DNA from: Verrucomicrobiota bacterium
GTDB taxonomy: Bacteria; Verrucomicrobiota; Verrucomicrobiia; Opitutales; Seribacteraceae
Direction of reading: 5' to 3'
DNA: 64,000 nucleotides
Assembly (NCBI GenBank): GCA_027622665.1
Contig: JAQBYT010000012.1
Coordinates: 36,080 to 100,079, forward strand
Shown piece by piece: positions 31,983 to 40,522 of the stretch. A program made the translations under genes and the position numbers. A model generated the notes under the pieces. That model did not search any database. It saw only the letters and a list, made by a program, of their open reading frames with translations, and had not been told where the DNA came from. Position 1 is the stretch's first letter, and every line of letters starts with the position of its first letter.

Positions 31983-32162
31983 TCTCGTAACTCATTCCAT
32001 ATCGAGGAACAAGCCCGAAACCCGCAACCTTTTTTCCCCGCAAGCGACTAAAAGTTACTTATTGTTGTTCTTTCTATTAATCGTGAGGGGCTGGAATGCT
32101 CATCGGCAGTTGTTACACGCCGAGCACGCATGATTTCCGTTAATTTACTTCGCGGTACCGCC

Positions 32163-32387
32163 GGATTGCCGCGTCGGGGCTTTGCCCCTCCTCGCAATGA
32201 CAACACAGGAGCTTGGGGCGGGGGCTTCGCTTGCTTGGCTTTGCCCTGTCATTGCGAGGAAGGTATCGAAGAAAACTGACGTGGCAATCCAGTCTGATGC
32301 GTTATGCGGGATGCCGGGGCGATGCGGTGGTTGACTGCGCGACCGCTGGATCGCCGCGTCGGGGCATTGCCCCTCCTCGCGAGGACA
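32163..32387. repeat. Cluster of three alternating REP-like palindromic units
   Basis: Unit 1 at 32163-32202 (ggattgccgcgtcggggctttgcccctcctcgcaatgaca). Inverted unit at 32247-32290 (tgtcattgcgagga...gacgtggcaatcc). Unit 3 at 32348-32387 (ggatcgccgcgtcggggcattgcccctcctcgcgaggaca). Units 1 and 3 contain an internal GGGGC-n-GCCCC hairpin. Confidence 0.85.
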
Positions 32388-32454
32388 AGGTGTATGGCGT
32401 AAAAAGCCGCCGGGGGCTCCGCAAGAGGCGATTCCGGGTTTCGGAGCGTGTTTG

Positions 32455-34527
32455 CTATTGTCCGGCTCGGAGGAGTTTTTCGTACTGTGTGCCGAGGAGG
32501 GCGGTGTTGAAGGCGGCGTAATCGCGTCGAAGGGCCGACTGCAGGGCAGCGTAGTATTGCTCGGAGTGGAAAAAGCAGGCGGCAACTTCGAAGTCGATGA
32601 GCTCAACGTCGTCCTCGCGTACGGTGGGCATCCGGAGGAGTCGTCCTCGGGTGAAGCTCTTTAGTTGGAGTATGTTTTTCTCGGTATTGAGCTCTATGGT
32701 CTTTTTCATGAGGACGGCAAATTTGAGACGCTCGAGATCATCGCGGTTTCGGAGGATTATGACTCTGCGGACCTCTCCCTTCGGTCCCGGTTGGTTGAGT
32801 TCCCAGAGGAGGCGGCGCCAAGTCGCCTTGTCGGGGCAGTCGACGATAGCCATCTCGGGCACGGGTTCCTCCAGCAACTCGCTGGCGGAGGCTCTGTCTC
32901 GGCGGAACTGGTAGCGAAGGGCAAAGGCCTTGCCCGTTTTCTTGTTCGAGAGGACGAAGGGAGCGACCTCTTGGAGGTGCTCGGAGAGAAAGCGCACGCG
33001 AAAGCCCGTGCCGAGATCCTCGTCCTTGCGAAAGAATATCAATTTTCGAGCATCGAGTTTTTCGGCGGCCTCGCGATGCTTGAGAACCTCGTATATTTGG
33101 CGTCGCACGAGAGCATCCTCACCGGGAACGGCGCGATCGGCGAACCGGTTGTAGGGATAGGCCTCGGCAAGGCGAACGTCGTCGGTGACGATGCGATCGG
33201 CGATGGCCTGAAGCTTGAGTAAACCTCGGTTTTCAGTGAGGTAGCGAAGGTCGAAAGTGTCCTCGTCGCGAATGCGGTAGGCATCGCGAAAGAGACGGTG
33301 ATCGAAGCTGTCGAAAAGATCCTCGTCCTTGGGCATGCTCTTGTTGACGAGGTTTTCCTCGGGAAGAACGGAGGGGGTTATGACGATGATTACCTCGCGC
33401 TTGAGACCGGTCTTGGACTTGCTGCGAAAGAGTGCGCCCAAGATTGGTATTTTGCCTAGTATGGGCACACTGTGCACGGTTTCTGCGGAATCCTTGGCGA
33501 TTAGGCCGCCGATAATGAACGGCGTATCGTTGGCGATTCGGGCGTAGGTCTTGACCTCCCGAATCGAAAGCGTGGGAGCGGTGGCGAGGAGATTGCCGTC
33601 TTTATCCTTGACTTCATTGTTCTCGCCGGGGACGCGAGCGGAGACGGAAGCGTTTATCTGGATGGAAACCTCGGATCCGTCCTCGTTGATGCGCGGCCTG
33701 ACGGCCAGCTCGATGCCCGCGGTGACTTCGCGAAAATCAACAGCGCTTATGAAATCCTTGGCGAACTTGGTGGTGGCAATGGGAATTTTCTCAGAGACGT
33801 TTATGTAGGCCATGCGGTTGTCGAGCGTGAGCACGCTGGGTCGAGACAGAACCTCGGCGGAGCCTTCCTTAACTAAGGCCTGCAGGCGGAAGTTGAACTC
33901 ACGAAAGGCGTTCGTAACACTGAAATCGAGCTGCGGAACATTTTTTGCGGACGGCACGAGTTCCCTGATTTTCCCGATTGTCAGGGGAGCCTTGCCGAGA
34001 TGACGGCTTACGAAATTACCATCGCCGGCGTTTCCGGTCAGATCCCACTGCACGCCTAGCTCCTTGAGGGCAGTGGACGAAATTTCCAGGACCATGGCCT
34101 CGATCATAATCTTGCGGGCGGGAATGTCGATCTGCTCGCGAACGACGCGAACGATGCGCCCGAACTGGGACGGTTCGGATGAATCGTAAAAGACCATGAG
34201 CTCGCTCAGAGGGTCCGTCTCGGTTCGCGGAAAAGTGCCGGACGAGGCTGGAACTATCTCGTGGAACTTTGTCTCGGGAAGGGCGACGACGACGGGTAGC
34301 TTCTTCGGGTCTACCGCGGCAGTGACCGATCCGATGGTGATTCCGTAGAGCTTGAGAAGCTGAGTGCATCGAGTGGGGTCGACATAGCTGAGACGAAGTC
34401 GCCGAGAGACCATCTCGATGGGATCGTCATCCGCCGTTTTTTGGGCAAAAGCGGTGCCGCACGTCGACAGAGCCAAAGCAATGACGGTGAAAAAGACCGA
34501 GCGGTGAATTAACGTGTTGCGATTCAT
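32455..34527 (-). CDS. Secretin (type II/III secretion, PilQ/GspD family) with a ~300-aa C-terminal extension
   Basis: IDIPARKIMIEAMVLE...LGVQW, VLSRPSVLTLDN..A.I, GIELAVRPRIN, IIGGLI, VPILGKIPILGALFRS, EVIIVITP; signal peptide. Confidence 0.9.
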   Translation of the reverse strand: MNRNTLIHRSVFFTVIALALSTCGTAFAQKTADDDPIEMVSRRLRLSYVDPTRCTQLLKLYGITIGSVTAAVDPKKLPVVVALPETKFHEIVPASSGTFPRTETDPLSELMVFYDSSEPSQFGRIVRVVREQIDIPARKIMIEAMVLEISSTALKELGVQWDLTGNAGDGNFVSRHLGKAPLTIGKIRELVPSAKNVPQLDFSVTNAFREFNFRLQALVKEGSAEVLSRPSVLTLDNRMAYINVSEKIPIATTKFAKDFISAVDFREVTAGIELAVRPRINEDGSEVSIQINASVSARVPGENNEVKDKDGNLLATAPTLSIREVKTYARIANDTPFIIGGLIAKDSAETVHSVPILGKIPILGALFRSKSKTGLKREVIIVITPSVLPEENLVNKSMPKDEDLFDSFDHRLFRDAYRIRDEDTFDLRYLTENRGLLKLQAIADRIVTDDVRLAEAYPYNRFADRAVPGEDALVRRQIYEVLKHREAAEKLDARKLIFFRKDEDLGTGFRVRFLSEHLQEVAPFVLSNKKTGKAFALRYQFRRDRASASELLEEPVPEMAIVDCPDKATWRRLLWELNQPGPKGEVRRVIILRNRDDLERLKFAVLMKKTIELNTEKNILQLKSFTRGRLLRMPTVREDDVELIDFEVAACFFHSEQYYAALQSALRRDYAAFNTALLGTQYEKLLRAGQ

Positions 34528-36101
34528 CCGGTTTCCTGTGGCGTTTGGTTGTTTGTAGGGGGCGACTCGGGTTCGTTGGTCGGAAAAAGATCGGTAAAGA
34601 AGGTCTGTATGGCCTTGGTGACTCCGGCGGACTTCTTCTTGCGTGGGGCCGCCTGATGAAGCTTTGAGGCGGCCTTTTTGCTATTGTGTATGCGTTCCTC
34701 GCTGAGGGCCACATTGCGGTTGAGCATGACGAGAAAATCACCTTTTCGGCGGGCTATTTCCATGACGGGTTCCTTGGCAATCTCGAAGACTACGCAATCG
34801 GTTATCGCAGCGAGGGTGGACGAGCGACTCTTACCCGTGAGGAGCGAATCTTCCCCGAAATGACGACCCGACTCTATCTGCTCCACCTTGGCCTTGCCCT
34901 CCAACCCCGACAGGGTGACGAAAGAGGAAAGCAAACCCTCGGCAAGCAAGTACAAGGAGTTTCCTTCAGCGCCTTGGCGATAAAGCACTTCTCCGGCTTC
35001 CAGATCGTGGCGTGTCATCGAGCCAACGAGTATGCTTCGTTCGACTTCGTCCAGGTTGCGAAAAAGCTCCGATCGGTCTAAAATCAGACGACGATCTCCC
35101 CCGTCCTCCAAGTTCAACTGACGTCGTTCGGAACCTCGCGAAAGGAAAACCTCCTCCTTGGAAGTGGAGGGCGTGACGCCGGCTCGAGAGAGGTGCTCGA
35201 TGATGCTCTTGTTTACGATGTGACGCGACTCGTTGGGCGAAATGTTTACGGGCAGGATGAAAAACCGCACCTCGTAGCGTTGACCGTCGAGGGTGGCCTC
35301 GTCGAGGCGCACCTCGGGTTCGGGATCCTCGAGTATGCGTTCACCATCGGTCAAGGCCCGAACGCCCGACATGAGGATGCGTATGGCTCGGTTGGGCGGG
35401 ATGGAGTAATCGATCACGAAATCCAAATCGATTCGGAAGTGAGGCTTGGGCTGCATGTAATTGGTGAGTATCGTTTCTCCTAGGCGACTATTTGGAATGA
35501 CCACCATGTTGTTGCTCGTGGTACGCAGACGCGTGGTGCGCCAGTTTATCTCGATAACTTGGCCCACGATGTGGGTCTCCACCCTATTTTGGTGGAGCAT
35601 GACCCAGTCTCCAATGCTGAAGGCGCGTTCCACGTGCATGGCCAAGCCTATGAAAACGTCCAGTATGACGTTTCGAAGGGCGAAACCGATGACTACGCTC
35701 AAGATTCCCGAGGTGGCCCAAATGCCGGTTACGGAACGATCGAACACGGTAGCGAGCACACCCACTCCCGTAAAAAAGAAAATGATTATGCCCGTGACGT
35801 CCTTGGGCAACCTCGGCACCCGGCGACCAGTAAGGTTGGGTATCAGACCGTCCCAGAAAAAGGTGGTGATTCCCCGCTGCACCAGAAACGCTCCCGACAC
35901 CCACATGCCGATCTGCACCCCGTAGACAAAAGTGTTGCGGGCAATGATCGAGGCGTTGCCAAGGAATCGACTGACTAGCTCCTCGTGAGAAAGCAGAGCA
36001 GTCAAGAAGGCGATGAACACTAAGAGCGGAAACCACATCCTCCCCAAGGATCTTGATCCGAAGAACAACCGCTTCTTAGGTTCCGAAGTTGCGGCGCTCA
36101 T
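34524..36101 (-). CDS. MscS-family mechanosensitive channel with a C-terminal cyclic-nucleotide-binding domain
   Basis: N-terminal TM helices, VIGFALRN, FSIGDWV, GQVIEINWRTTRL..VIPNS; cNMP domain YRQGAEGNSLYLLAEG...FGEDSLLTGKSRSST. Confidence 0.92.
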   Translation of the reverse strand: MSAATSEPKKRLFFGSRSLGRMWFPLLVFIAFLTALLSHEELVSRFLGNASIIARNTFVYGVQIGMWVSGAFLVQRGITTFFWDGLIPNLTGRRVPRLPKDVTGIIIFFFTGVGVLATVFDRSVTGIWATSGILSVVIGFALRNVILDVFIGLAMHVERAFSIGDWVMLHQNRVETHIVGQVIEINWRTTRLRTTSNNMVVIPNSRLGETILTNYMQPKPHFRIDLDFVIDYSIPPNRAIRILMSGVRALTDGERILEDPEPEVRLDEATLDGQRYEVRFFILPVNISPNESRHIVNKSIIEHLSRAGVTPSTSKEEVFLSRGSERRQLNLEDGGDRRLILDRSELFRNLDEVERSILVGSMTRHDLEAGEVLYRQGAEGNSLYLLAEGLLSSFVTLSGLEGKAKVEQIESGRHFGEDSLLTGKSRSSTLAAITDCVVFEIAKEPVMEIARRKGDFLVMLNRNVALSEERIHNSKKAASKLHQAAPRKKKSAGVTKAIQTFFTDLFPTNEPESPPTNNQTPQETG

Positions 36102-36358
36102 GATGAATCTCCACCTTTCCCATTCTCCTTGGCTCCGAAGGCAGACGGTTCGTAATCCTTCAACCAGCGCGCCATCATGGCGAATTTCGGTATGGGTACC
36201 TCTTCGCCATCGTGTTTGATGACCTCGAGAATTGCCCCGAGGCTTTGGTTTACGAATTGGTTGAAATTGTAAGCCTCCCCCAAGGAGGAGCAGACCTCCC
36301 TGATTTCATCAAAGGTCTCTTCGGGTACTCGTATGGTTACTGTTTTGCCCTTGGCCAC
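36098..36358 (-). CDS. Small protein, putative ribbon-helix-helix DNA-binding protein
   Basis: GTG start; KTVTIRVPEETFDEIRE...NFNQFVNQSL fits the RHH beta-strand/helix/helix pattern; stop overlaps the MscS start (ATGA). Confidence 0.6.
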   Translation of the reverse strand: MAKGKTVTIRVPEETFDEIREVCSSLGEAYNFNQFVNQSLGAILEVIKHDGEEVPIPKFAMMARWLKDYEPSAFGAKENGKGGDSS

Positions 36359-36371
36359 TACTTAAAAACAC

Positions 36372-36549
36372 CAAGTTACCCAAGCTGCAATACACTGCAA
36401 GCTTTTTTATCTGTCCAAACCCTTTTGCAAGCTTATATATTGTTATCAATTGCATTCTATTGCACACAAACGGCAAGACCTATAAAAAAAGTTTCACTTT
36501 TATGGGCTAAAACCGGCTTGCGAAGCTATGTATAATAAGTATTTATACT
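36372..36549. promoter_or_regulatory. AT-rich divergent promoter region with TGCAAGCTT direct repeats
   Basis: TGCAAGCTT at 36396-36404 and 36426-36434, caagtt/caagct at 36372 and 36381, perfect TATAAT at 36531-36536 upstream of the DUF1501 gene. Confidence 0.5.
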
Positions 36550-36598
36550 GGAAGCTTTTAGAGAACCATTCTCGTTACACACAATCTCCGTAAAATTC

Positions 36599-37939
36599 AT
36601 GAAGAAATCAGCACTATCGGGCATTCAAGGTAAATGCGGCGACCTCCCAAGCCATTTTTCTCGCAGGGAGTTCATGCACGTCGGCCTTATCGGCGGGCTT
36701 GGCTTGAGTCTACCCGAGTTTTTGAGAATGAAGGCTCACGGAGCCCAGAAGTTCTACGAGTCGAAGGAGGGAGTGGCCAAATCCGTAATTCACATCTTCC
36801 TTCCGGGCGGCATGGCCCATCAAGAGTCTTGGGATCCCAAGCCGTACGCACCCTTGGAGTACCGAGGTCCCCTCAAAAGCATTCCAACAAAGATTACGGG
36901 CGAACGTTTCGGTGAATATTTCAAGGAATCTGCAAAAATCGCCGACAAAATCACGGTCTGCCGATCCATGAGTCATGGCGAGGCCGCCCACGAACGCGGC
37001 ACGCACAACATGTTTACGGGATACAAGCCGAGCCCGGCCTTGCAATTCCCCAGCATGGGATCGGTCGTCTCCCACGAATTCGGTTCCCGCAAGAACTTGC
37101 CACCATACGTTTGCGTGCCCAAGGTACCCAACGAGTTCGCAAATAGCGGATACCTGAGTTCATCCTATGGTCCTTTCGGCCTTGGCGGCGACCCCGCATC
37201 CGACAATTTTTCAGTCCGCGATCTCGCCTTGCCCGACGGCATTTCGGAAAATCGCTTTCTGAAGCGTCGAAGCATGCTGGACACCGTGGACGACCATTTC
37301 CGCCGCATGGAGAAGTCCGACGCCCTCAATGCGATGGACAAGTTTTATCAGGACGCTTACTCTCTGATCAGCTCGAAGGAAGCCCGAGAGGCTTTCGACA
37401 TAAACAAGGAAGATGCCAAGTTGCGTGACCAATACGGTCGTAATGCTGCCGGGCAACGTATGCTGCTTGCTAGGCGCCTTGTAGAATCGGGGGTACGGTT
37501 CGTTTCCCTGACCTACGGTGGCTGGGATCATCACGCGAATATCAAAACTGCTTTCGAGAAACAAGGCCCGGAATTGGACAAGGCTTTTGCCACCTTAATC
37601 ACGGACTTGGATCAACGCGGTTTACTTGATAGTACGCTTGTAATGATGTCTTCCGAATTCGGACGTACGCCAAAGATCAACAAAACCGACGGACGCGACC
37701 ATTGGCCGCGCGTATTCAGCGTTGCTCTTGCCGGCGGCGGCATCACCCGTGGTCAAATCTACGGTTCTTCCGATGCCTTCGCCACCGCACCCGAAGAGAA
37801 CCCGCTCTCCGTGGAAGACCTTGCCACCACCGTGTACGACCGTTTGGGCATCGTTGCCGACAAGGAATTGATGGCGCCGGGCGATCGACCTATAGAAATT
37901 GTCGATGGCGGCAAAGTGGTAAAGCAGTTGATCGCCTAG
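36599..37939 (+). CDS. DUF1501 domain-containing protein (Tat)
   Basis: SRREF Tat motif, AKSVIHIFLPGG.AH.ESWDPKP, LLARRLVESGVRFV, GGWDHH, SEFGRTPKIN..GRDHW. Confidence 0.95.
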   Translation: MKKSALSGIQGKCGDLPSHFSRREFMHVGLIGGLGLSLPEFLRMKAHGAQKFYESKEGVAKSVIHIFLPGGMAHQESWDPKPYAPLEYRGPLKSIPTKITGERFGEYFKESAKIADKITVCRSMSHGEAAHERGTHNMFTGYKPSPALQFPSMGSVVSHEFGSRKNLPPYVCVPKVPNEFANSGYLSSSYGPFGLGGDPASDNFSVRDLALPDGISENRFLKRRSMLDTVDDHFRRMEKSDALNAMDKFYQDAYSLISSKEAREAFDINKEDAKLRDQYGRNAAGQRMLLARRLVESGVRFVSLTYGGWDHHANIKTAFEKQGPELDKAFATLITDLDQRGLLDSTLVMMSSEFGRTPKINKTDGRDHWPRVFSVALAGGGITRGQIYGSSDAFATAPEENPLSVEDLATTVYDRLGIVADKELMAPGDRPIEIVDGGKVVKQLIA

Positions 37940-38038
37940 TTCTCTGCCCCGCAAATTTCGGACTGGGAAAGTATGCTTGCTCTCTGCCGGCATAAAGTGA
38001 GGCAGAGAAGCATTGCATAATAATATAGTTAAAACGCG

Positions 38039-40501
38039 ATGATTATGAATCTTATCAAAAACAATTGCCTAGGTGCGAGCGCACTTCTCCTGCTCGCCGT
38101 AATCATTCAAGCGGCTACGCCGAAAATAACCAATGTGCTGCCGCGAGGTGGACAAAGAGGATCTTCAGTCGAAGTAATCATTACCGGAAGTTATCTCAGC
38201 GACACGGAAGAAATATTTTTCCACTCCGAAGGAATAAAGACTGAAAAGATTACCCCCGTAAATGACACCCAATTCAAGGCCACCTTGGCAATAAGTCCCG
38301 AAGCCAAACTGGGCCAGCATGAGATGCGATTGCGAACCGCCTCGGGGCTCAGCACCATGAAGACTTTTTGGGTCGGACCTTTTCCAAACGTTGCCGAAAT
38401 CGAGCCGAACTCCGAGTTTGAGGCTGCCCAAAAAGTCTCGATGAACTCAACTATCAACGGAGTGATTTTGAACGAAGACGTCGATTATTACGAAGTCGAA
38501 GTGAAAAAAGGACAGCAACTCTCCGCTGAGGTCGAAGCCATCCGCCTTTCGGGAGCCCTCTTCGATCCCTACGTCGCGATCTTGGATGCGCGACGCTTCG
38601 AGTTGGCTGCCAATGACGATTCATTGCTTCTCCTACAAGACAGCGTGGCCAGTGTCATCGCTCCTGAAGATGGTACTTACCGCATAGAGATTAGGGACAG
38701 CTCTTACCGTGGGGCCGGCAATTACTACTATCGTCTTCACCTCGGTCACTTTCCCAGACCTCTTATAAGCTTCCCCGCAGGAGGGAAAGCCGGAGAAAAG
38801 CTGGAAGTGACTTTAATGGGAGATCCAAAGGGCCCCATGAAAAAGATCATCCAACTGCCGGGAAAGGCTGATCCCGACTTCGGCTACTTTTCCGAAAGCA
38901 ACGGAGCTTCGGCTCCATCACCCAACAAGATAAGAGTTAGCGATTTCCCGAGTATCCGTGAAGTCGAGCCCAACAACAACTGGAAACAAGCCACCGCGAC
39001 CGAGTTGCCCCTTCCCCTCGCTTTCGACGGCATAATCTCGGAAGACGGCGACCAAGACTACTTTAAGTTCAAAGCGAAGAAAGGCCAAAAGTTCAATGTC
39101 AGGGTACATGCTCGCTCGGTCTCTTCTCCTCTAGACCCAGTTCTCGGCATTCGCGACGCAACGGGGAAATCCCTGAAAGGAAACGACGACGCAAACAATG
39201 GACCCGACAGCCTGATCACCTTTACCTTTCCCGCGGATGGAGAATATTTCGTTGACGTCTACGACCACCTTAGAAAAGGGGGACCTCAACACGTTTATCG
39301 GATTGAAACGGAAGCCTTCAACCCGGAAGTGGTAGCCTCAATCCCTTACCTAAGCCAACGCGACTCGCAGTCTCGCCAAATGATTCCCGTACCACGTGGC
39401 AATCGTGTGGCGAGCATTATGAACGTAACCCGACGCAACTTCTCGGGGGAGTTGGAATTCCTCGCCAATAACCTACCGCCCGGAATAGTCATGCATGCCC
39501 CGAAAGTCCCCTCTAATCTGACGCAGGTTCCAATCGTGTTCGAGGCCACGGATAATGCTCCGCTTACCAAGTCCCTCGTTGACCTTCGCGTTCGTCATAC
39601 GGATCCCGAAAAGAAAATTGAAGGTGGCTTTCAGCAAAAACTAGACCTCGTGTACGGTCCGCCCAACAACCGCACCTACTATGTGAGCACCCTCGACCGC
39701 TTAGCAGTTGCCGCTACGAAAAAAGCACCGTTCTCCATAAAGCTTTTAAAGCCTGAAACTCCGATCATGCAATCGGGATCCATGTCCTTGAAGGTGGTGG
39801 CCGTCCGCGACGCAAATTTCACTGCCGCCATAAACGTCCGACTTCTCACTCGCCCTCCGGGCATCGGAGCAAGCAGCTCCGTTAACATCGACGCAGGTAA
39901 GACCGAAGCGAACTACCCTATCACCGCCAATGGGGGAGCAGAGATCGGGACTTGGCAAATCGCCATGCTCGCCGACGCCAAAACATCCCACGGCGAAGTG
40001 CTCACTTCTTCGGATCTCGTTGATCTCGTAATCGAACCACCGTATCTCAAAGTAAAAATAAACATGGGCGCCATCGAACGCGGAAAGGAAGGAGAGATCA
40101 TCTGTGACTTGGAACAACTCCGATCCTTCGAGAACGAAGCGACGATAACTCTGCATGGTCTTCCGGCAAAGGTGACGACTACTCCGCAAAAACTAGACAA
40201 GAACTCCACACAGGTCGTTTTTCCTGTATCCAGCGACCCCACTTCCCAGGCAGGTCTCAGCAAGAATCTTTTCTGTTTCGTGAAGGTGCCCTTGGGCGAG
40301 CACTTGCTGAATCACAGCGTTGGCCAAGGTGGACAGCTTCGCATGGATAACCCGCCACCTGCTCCGAAGAAACCTGCAGCAGTCAAGCCGAAGACCGTGA
40401 TAGTGGCGAAGCCCCAAAAGCCAAAAGCCAAAAAGCCACTCAGCCGATTGGAAAAACTTCGACTAGCCGCCAAGGAATCAGCAGAGGCAGGAACTAAATA
40501 A
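38039..40501 (+). CDS. Exported PPC (pre-peptidase C-terminal) repeat protein
   Basis: PRGGQRG start, two E.EPN(N/S) repeats with D.DYY/DQDYF and ANDD/GNDD motifs. No protease catalytic motif recognised. Confidence 0.85.
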   Translation: MIMNLIKNNCLGASALLLLAVIIQAATPKITNVLPRGGQRGSSVEVIITGSYLSDTEEIFFHSEGIKTEKITPVNDTQFKATLAISPEAKLGQHEMRLRTASGLSTMKTFWVGPFPNVAEIEPNSEFEAAQKVSMNSTINGVILNEDVDYYEVEVKKGQQLSAEVEAIRLSGALFDPYVAILDARRFELAANDDSLLLLQDSVASVIAPEDGTYRIEIRDSSYRGAGNYYYRLHLGHFPRPLISFPAGGKAGEKLEVTLMGDPKGPMKKIIQLPGKADPDFGYFSESNGASAPSPNKIRVSDFPSIREVEPNNNWKQATATELPLPLAFDGIISEDGDQDYFKFKAKKGQKFNVRVHARSVSSPLDPVLGIRDATGKSLKGNDDANNGPDSLITFTFPADGEYFVDVYDHLRKGGPQHVYRIETEAFNPEVVASIPYLSQRDSQSRQMIPVPRGNRVASIMNVTRRNFSGELEFLANNLPPGIVMHAPKVPSNLTQVPIVFEATDNAPLTKSLVDLRVRHTDPEKKIEGGFQQKLDLVYGPPNNRTYYVSTLDRLAVAATKKAPFSIKLLKPETPIMQSGSMSLKVVAVRDANFTAAINVRLLTRPPGIGASSSVNIDAGKTEANYPITANGGAEIGTWQIAMLADAKTSHGEVLTSSDLVDLVIEPPYLKVKINMGAIERGKEGEIICDLEQLRSFENEATITLHGLPAKVTTTPQKLDKNSTQVVFPVSSDPTSQAGLSKNLFCFVKVPLGEHLLNHSVGQGGQLRMDNPPPAPKKPAAVKPKTVIVAKPQKPKAKKPLSRLEKLRLAAKESAEAGTK

Positions 40502-40522
40502 GGCACCCAGGAAAAAACTTTT

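Noticed and set aside
26114..32051. Many long plus-strand ORFs (up to ~255 aa) opposite addAB
   Set aside because: Antisense shadows of GC-rich coding sequence with no recognisable motifs.
32163..32387. Possible mini-CRISPR array
   Set aside because: Units alternate in orientation and are degenerate, and no cas genes are present; REP-like instead.
32145..32606. 153-aa minus-strand ORF downstream of the secretin
   Set aside because: It overlaps the secretin 3' end in another frame and runs through the palindromic repeats; likely spurious.
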